From: Catajapyx aquilonaris | Taxonomy: Eukaryota | DNA: 64,000 nt | Direction: 5' to 3' | NCBI GenBank assembly: GCA_000934665.2 | Contig: JYFJ02001673.1 | Location: 1-64,000 of the forward strand | In this document: in pieces, positions 56,601 through 64,000 of the stretch | Position numbering within the stretch: position 1 is the first letter of the stretch | Layout: every line of letters begins with the position of its first letter | Notes under the pieces: generated by a model | What the model saw: the letters and a program-made list of their open reading frames with translations, nothing else | Databases searched by the model: none | What the model was told of the DNA's origin: nothing | Program-made: the position numbers and the translations under genes

Positions 56601-59600
56601 CAGTGTATTCTCGCTGATTGAGTCTCTCAGAGAATCTGTACCGCCTCTATAGGGAGAGTAAAACGCCACCCTGGTTTAAGAACCGCCAGTTAAACATTAA
56701 AGAGGGCATGTGGGTGTAGGGTGCGTGAATTCGCAAACCTCACGCGAATCAATATTTACGTGCAAAAGGGAGGAGTTAATCGACGCCTACCCATCTGATT
56801 TAATCGGCTCAGAAATGTGACTCTTTGGTTGCAAAAATTAGTTAGGATCAAGGGAAACATGGCGTTGCGAGCTTTGCCTGGATTTGTTAATACCCGAGAT
56901 TGATTGAGAGACCAACTCTTTGTTGCAAAGAAGATCAAAAGTACAAATGCGCTGAATTGACAATTATTGCGCGCCATTGAGCGTGAATCATGACGACCGA
57001 AAAACACGTTCATTATTTTGTGTTTACCTGACATTAATCGCACAGACTACAAAATTCCACTCTTGTTAATCTGTATTTTAATGTATTTACAATACCCGCT
57101 GCCAGTCTTGGAAAGCAAAATAATTATCCTATTAATGGGCGTTTTAAAATTATGCCAAACTAAACATGGCGGAATATTTCCCGAGGTTTTAATAGACCGC
57201 TGGGTTTGTATCCATCACGGAAATCTAGGAAAACAGGCCATGATGAATAGAAAGCACTGTTGTAAAGACATGCTCATTGGGAAGGGGAATTAATGTCTCT
57301 CTCAGCACAGGTATTGCCTCCGCCCGTAATTAAAAATAAATAAATAATGAAAGAGGGATTTGGGGATCGCTCAGAGTGAGCGCTGCTCTCGTAGGTGTGA
57401 AAGAGCATTGGAAGATCTAAGAGTGTATTTGGCAAGTAACGGATGCGCTACGTAACAATTTAAGAGCCAATCTCATTACTTACGCCTCGTAATTATTTGA
57501 CCATGTGTTTCCGTTCCTAAATTTCTTCCTCCCCCCACCAGATAAAAATTGCATGGCACCACGCGTGGGAATTTAGGCTAAACCTTTTCTTTCTCCTTCA
57601 TTAATATTTATTGTCGCGAAAATAGATCACGCGCAGTGACATGGTGCGTACCTGTGGTGTCTGACCTGACGAGAATTGAAGATGGATAGATAATAATAGT
57701 GCAATGACCGTTTCCGACTTTCGGAGAAATATTTTGCTCAATATTTTATCAATTTTTAATGCGGGATGTGAGTTCACCAAGTGGCATATTTTATAGGAAA
57801 TAATTTTGAAGTCGAAAATAATAAGATTCACTGCTTAGCGGAGAAATATAGAGAGGAGTTGGACAGAAGTTGGACATCATGGTATAGTCGGGTATATATG
57901 TCGGGCGAAGAACATAACTTGCACTTGCCAGGGTTAAGTACATCCTCATTGTAATCAACCTTTTGAGGATGTTGACTCCGTTGATCCAGCTGGTACTGTG
58001 GTTAGAGCCATAAATTGACTGGGCCCGGTATCAGTGTTGGCCAACTATAAACCAGTCTAATAAAGCGGAAGAAAAAGTTGTAAACCGTATTTCGCAGAAC
58101 GTGGGTACGTTGGGCTAGGGCTACCAGTTTGTGTTCAAATATGAAAACGTGTACACGAGTTTTTAATTTGGGAACAAAATTTAACGACTGTTTCATGCTC
58201 GCAGGTAGATTTATACTTCCCGCTTTTTCAATATATCACGGTGCAAAATAGCCGGCCGTGTGTGCATAAAGCACCAGTGAAGAAGCCTCATTCCATTTTT
58301 ATGACAGTCATGCACATTTCTCATGCAAGTGCATCGCACTGCACACATGGCGACTTTCACACGGGTGTGTGCCTTGAAAAAAAGACTTTCACATCTTACT
58401 CTTCTGGCCGTCCATAAATCCCTGCTTCTCCCCTTAGCATGCATGAATAGCAAAAAAAAGTAATAGTGTCTCTTATTTCCGTGACTGCTTGTAATTGTTC
58501 CTTGGGCCGCTAATTCCGACTTGTCCCGAACAACCTCCTATCTATAAAATTGGTTGGGTGGGGGATAGGTGGGGGAGAGAAAGCCCTACATGCATATATA
58601 GGACTAGAATCCGACCATAAAACTAACAGCCTTTTTATGTCCCCGTACAACCCAGCTGCTCCATCACGCACAGTTGTATTTAACAACATTTGGGAAAGTG
58701 CACCGAGGGGAGTTACACGGACCCGCCTTCACCTCTCACTACATACACCTATACAAGCACTGATTTGCCAGCATTTGCCGCTTCAATCCGACGCTGATCT
58801 ACTGATTAGATCAAAACATGGCACCGTTTAATGTCAATGTTAAATCAGGTCTGAATGCAGCAGTTTGCTGTGATTTATCTTCGGTTATGAAATGCCAGTA
58901 CATGTCTTGAATGCATTTCTTTAAGAGGAAGGATTTCAATATAAGTAACACATGCATTTCCTTCATTAGCACTCATCGGTCGTAGCAGAGCGGTCCGGCT
59001 TACAAATCCTCTCATTGACCCGAAAAAATATACCATGTCTGGGAAACGATAAGCCACGGACTGTGTAGCAAACCCTGCGGTCGATGCTGCAAGTTGGAGT
59101 CGTGCCGGTGCCACCATAATTTTTACCCGTTTCTTGGAGCTTATTCCGGCCAGGGAAGAGCCCAGATGGCGCCTTTATCGTACCTCCTTCGGCATGGCGG
59201 CAAGTCAATACACGACCTTTGAGCCAAGGGCATTTGGATATTGAAAGGAGGAGAAAATAACAAAAGAATTCTCGAGCATACAAGAGAAAACCAAGGAGGG
59301 AAGAAATGCTGATTCGTTTTTCTCCCATCTTTTTCAAAAACCACTCGATCGGTTGGATCCATTTGCACGTTTTCGGAGCGATTGACACGGCTGCCTTTCA
59401 CGGAAGGGATTGCAGATGGGAAGGAATATTTATGCAATGCGTATACACAGGTTTAACTTAAAGACGACAAATGCTGGATCATTCCTGCATGGAACCGTAC
59501 ACAGGAACGAATCAAACAGTATTCAGAAATTTGGCTGTACATGTCATAAAGCTTGAGATAAAAATTCTATTTAAAATCCAAAGGCGAGAAATCCCAGCTT

Positions 59601-62539
59601 TTTGTGATTTATTCCTGTTCCGGGTGTATAACTATGTAATAAGGTCGTTTTACACGCATTGGAGGAGATTTTTGTACAGCAAAGCGGGGGATTGGCCTTT
59701 CGGACCAGCACCGGTGTTACAACTCATGACTTCCAGACTTGGCAGTTTTATTTCCACATTTAAATCCTATTTCTGGAAGCATCGTTAAGCGATGAATTTT
59801 GTCCGACATGTAGGGAAATTTGTTCTGGCAGGTTGTAAACTCGGGGGGTAGCGATAAAAAGGACGCCGTGTCTAATGTCGATTCAGATCTGCTTTCATGA
59901 GAATGACAGGTCAGTATCAAAGGCACGGCAGGGTATTTTTTTTCTTGTTTTTTTGAACTTTATGCTTGTAAAGGTGGTGCCAGCCAAAGTGAAACTTTTC
60001 TTTGTGACTTGCCATAGCAGCGAGCGGTCATTTTTTGAACGCTGGTGTCAGCACCAATTACTGTTGACTAGAAAAGCTGTGCTGTACTGTATAATCTCAA
60101 GGAGGAAATCCTGCATCTACTTGGCCTGAATTTAAAATCTGACATAGTTTATTAAGAGAGTTATCTTGAATTGCCTACATGAGGTGCAGAACAATTAAAT
60201 TAGTTAATTGTCACTTGGTATAATTAAAATCTGACAGTGGGTTTAATCCGCCTTTAAAAAGTGAGGCGTATGCCAAAAAGAGCCTCGCAAATTGATGCGG
60301 GTCATGTTGGTAGAACTTAAAGACGTCGTTAGCAAGCTCCCCGAGGGGGTTTAATGTCGGAGAGGATCGTCCCTCAACCGTCCAATTCTCACTTTGTCAC
60401 CACGAGGCAACCCGAGTGACACACAAAATTCCATCTCGTAATTACAGTACACCTCGCACCATTTTCCCCTCAGGCTTATTACTGATAAGATGCGCACCGA
60501 CTACGTTCCAAGGCATTATAACGATCTGGGGAGCCTCCTAAAGCCAGGAGACTTATGGTTGAGGCCAACTTCGGTCGGTTAGTGTTGGAAGAGGATCTGG
60601 GTTGCTTATAGTTCGGTCAACAGAATGGTCAGCTTTCGAGGCACCCGGTATGTTTATAAGACCGGGTTCTTCGTGTAGTGTGAGGTTCATGAAGGTAGTG
60701 TTCTTTATAGCTCAGGAGATTTTACTGCTGGCGGGTCATTAATGCGATGCGATCTTGTAGTACTGCGAACCCTCGGGGGGTAGCCCGGGTTTTATCAGGC
60801 GCGGCACTGCTATGGGCTATTGTAAAAGGGCGCCGAGGGGAACCGAATTAATGGTAAGCAAACTGCTTTTTCCTATCGCCACACTGATGACTAATGGTCA
60901 CACCTGCCAAGGAGTGACGTCGTTGGGACTCTCTCCGAAAATCCGCATTGCGAACACTCCAGTCTTTCACTCTCCATTTGCCGGCGGACATTACGGCACA
61001 CTTATGCAGTCGCAGAAGCATAAAGATAAGAAGTGGAGGCCGATAAACTAATGCTCTAAACTCCTGGGATGCATTTTGGATAGGGGAGCTGGGCGCAAAA
61101 CTTGAGATGCGAATGGCTTCGTTCAGTGCGGATGAAACATCTACGAGATGGACTTGGAGGTTTTTTTAAAATGAAAAAAAGGAGTGGAATAACGTGTCAT
61201 TTTCACTCATTCGGTACAAGAGTCATTTCAGGACTCGGAGTCCTAAAACCAGCCCTCCAGGCCACTTGAAATCCTGGGCAGGATTCGTTTCACATGTCGC
61301 TTTATAGGCAGACGTCCTGCGTGGGGAGCCTAAATATTGACGGTTATTGTGCGGGGCTTGAGTGCTGTCGTAAATCACGGGGACATCCAATGGCCCTCTT
61401 CCATGGGCTGCAGATATTACCTCCGAATGGTCTTAATGCTGGCTGATGATCCAATGCGCAGGACCGGAGACGGCGTAATAAGGAAACATGGGCCCAGGGT
61501 AGGAAAGCTTGATGGCTCCAAATTCCGTGGATTCGTCGCAGCGAGGGTTTGAGTTTTTTTTCTTCCTTTTGGTGGGTGGAGAATCTCTGAGGAGGAACCA
61601 TTCAGGCGTGTCACCCCCTCTCTCCTTTTTAATGCCTATTGGGCCTAATTGAATGTTAACCGTTTTCTGGGGGAGCTCCATTTGCGGCGAGGGGGGGGTT
61701 TAGAATCAGTCTTTGCTGCGTTCTGAATCGGAGCCGGCTTTGAATACGGTCCTATAGAAGGGATTAACCCTTGAAGATATCGAGGATTAAGCGTCAGAAT
61801 ATGGAATGGAGACAGAATGGAGAATAGGGATGTGTCCAGGATAGATCTAAATGTGGACATCAAAATTGGGATTTGCGACTTTTAACGCGTTGTATACGAC
61901 GCACAGGGTAGGTTGTTAAATTTTTAATGCCCGTAATTAATTAAGTGCGTACAGGGTGCACATTTCCCCCCCAAAGTAACGTCCAATAATGGAATCAGGC
62001 GATAGAGCTTATGCTACTCTAAGAAGAAAACGACCATCAGGATAAATTAATGTGGTTTTGATAGTTTTCCTCCATTTAAACTGGCAATTAATACATTGAT
62101 TTTAGTTAAAGGCGAAGGACACCAACATTATATTGTTACCAATTATGGTTATTGCAAGTTATAGTAATTACCTATTAGTACTTATTACGCTTTCCTAAAT
62201 ATGCACCCAACCAGGCATCTTTACTAACACTGTTAGTTCCGAGCAGTCATTAATTTTTAAATATATCTCGGAGGAGACCAGGTGGAACCCTAACCTCCCC
62301 TGTTTTCTCCCCCCAACCCTTTCCCACAGAACCGAATTTGCATGGAGACCCCACTTCAAAATTAATAACGTTTCGCACTGCTGGATGTGAAAATGACGCC
62401 AGTGTTATATGGAGAGGCTAATATTTTTGTTTCATCAGCAGGGCTGGGCTCTGGGGCCAAATGTGATTTGCATGTGCTAATGCAATCAATGGAATTTGAC
62501 ACGTGCAGTACAAGGACGCCCTTCCTGCACGTGTATATA

Positions 62540-63013
62540 AAAAAGCAAACCTCGTACCCTCGAAACTGGTGCAGTGATATGCAAACGATGTAGGAATCAC
62601 GGCTCTGAATCGGGAAATAGCTGTAGCCCTTCTCATTATGGGAGAGTCTAACATCTACAAATTTATAGCCCATTATTTGTAATATCAATAATTGTATCTC
62701 ATTTACGGATCACAAACAGCATGTCAGTTGAGATTATTAGTTTCGGTTAGTAATTTATCCCTCTAAAACGTGATGGGTTAGTCTTTCCAGTCGCTCATGC
62801 GTATTCAGACACTCTAATGCACATGCGCGACTGGTGCGATTAATCCATCACCATTTTACCTCATTCATATAGCATCCATGAACAATACACCACACCGCAT
62901 AAAAAGAATAAAATCGACCCCGAAAGTGATCGAAACGGTTCCACTGATGGGCAAACGGTGTCGGAATCACGGCATTCAATCGGGAAATAGATGGCGTCCC
63001 ATTCGCATTATGG
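62540..63013 (+). repeat. Diverged direct repeat pair (~100 bp, ~370 bp apart)
   Basis: GCAAACGATGTAGGAATCACGGCTCTGAATCGGGAAATAG...CATTATGG (62581) vs GCAAACGGTGTCGGAATCACGGCATTCAATCGGGAAATAG...CATTATGG (62951). Confidence 0.7.
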
Positions 63014-64000
63014 ACGGGTGCGAGAAATGGGGCCTAATTTGAAGGAAAAAAAAGGGAAAGAGGTGGGCCTCCCCCCTCAGAATTATTTATACCTCGGGTG
63101 ACAAACTGCCTGCGAAATTAGTCTGCTAAAAGCATTATCTCTGACTCTGCATAGTGGAGGGAGGGTTTTTGCAGTTTATCAGAAATAGGAATGCGACTAA
63201 ATGGCAGGAATTCGCATGAAAGAGCTAAGCAGAGAAACGGGGTGCAGAGGTGGAGCGACAGAGAGAAAAGAGAGCTCGCCCGTCACTGTCAAAAGCATGG
63301 ACGCCGTTTAAGAAGGGTTCATTTTCTGCCTGGCTACGTATTAGACTGGAGGAATATACTACTTGTTATATAAGCTGCCAGACGTGCTGCAATAAACGAG
63401 TATTGCCAGTTAACTCTTGATGATACTGTTTGGTCGTGAGGGGGAAAAATCATCTTAGAACAGGTGACGCCACAAATTTTGGCACAGATTTTACCTCTGA
63501 AAATCCTGCATTGTTAAAATCCGTCTTGTGTAATTCATACCGCACCATATCTGACTAGTTGGACCTGAGAATGACAGCACGTTGCAGTTTCCGCTCCGGT
63601 TGGCTTGCCGCAACCCCTCCCGTGGAATATATCCCATCCTGAAAGATCAAACGAGCGTCTGTAGCTACCATCCTAGTGACCAAAATAACATTTTGGAGAG
63701 GGCAAAAAGATGCACGATTCAATACCCGGTGCCCCCGCTAGGCTACAATGTTTTGCTCCTGAATATCTCTCCACATGTGGGCCTTTTGTCAGAGGATATA
63801 TTTATATGAAGACTCGAGGAAAACTAGCCAGAGTTCAACTGCTGGGGCTGTCAAGTGCAAGTCGCAGCAGTGTATTATATCGACCTGTGGGGGCCTCCTC
63901 CCTTCCTGCTCTAACATGTCGCGATGAGTTGCTCAAACGCATCTATTCGCCTTCTCAAGCGAAGAATACGAGATGAACTCCCTCATCACTTTTAGGAGCA

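Noticed and set aside
58875..59437. ORF cluster / RT-like fragment (KPDRSATTD)
   Set aside because: A single weak motif; insufficient to call a gene or a LINE.

Overview
Eukaryotic genomic DNA, most likely from an arthropod such as a non-dipteran insect (inferred from gene content, short GT-AG introns, MITE/SINE load and a gene-body CpG-depletion pattern). Most ORFs in the supplied track are noise or exon fragments. The main feature is an intact 8-exon fem-1 homolog B gene (FEM1B; minus strand, CDS 32380->15856, 648 aa; ankyrin repeats and a C-terminal VHL/BC-box-like motif). Nested on the opposite strand in its 5.4-kb second intron is a complete 4-coding-exon secreted lipocalin gene (26335-27820, 189 aa) that the ORF track shows only as fragments; a fold-back MITE follows it. 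Upstream of FEM1B are two intron-containing decayed genes, an F-box/LRR pseudogene (+) and the 3' part of an acid-lipase pseudogene (-), along with two tRNA-derived SINEs and a Tc1 remnant. Positions 1-13 kb appear to hold 5' exons, including a candidate 9-nt microexon, of an unidentified minus-strand gene that runs off the window. Positions 40-64 kb are CpG-rich non-coding DNA with old LINE debris and TAAT-dense patches. No rRNA, true tRNA or CRISPR array was seen.
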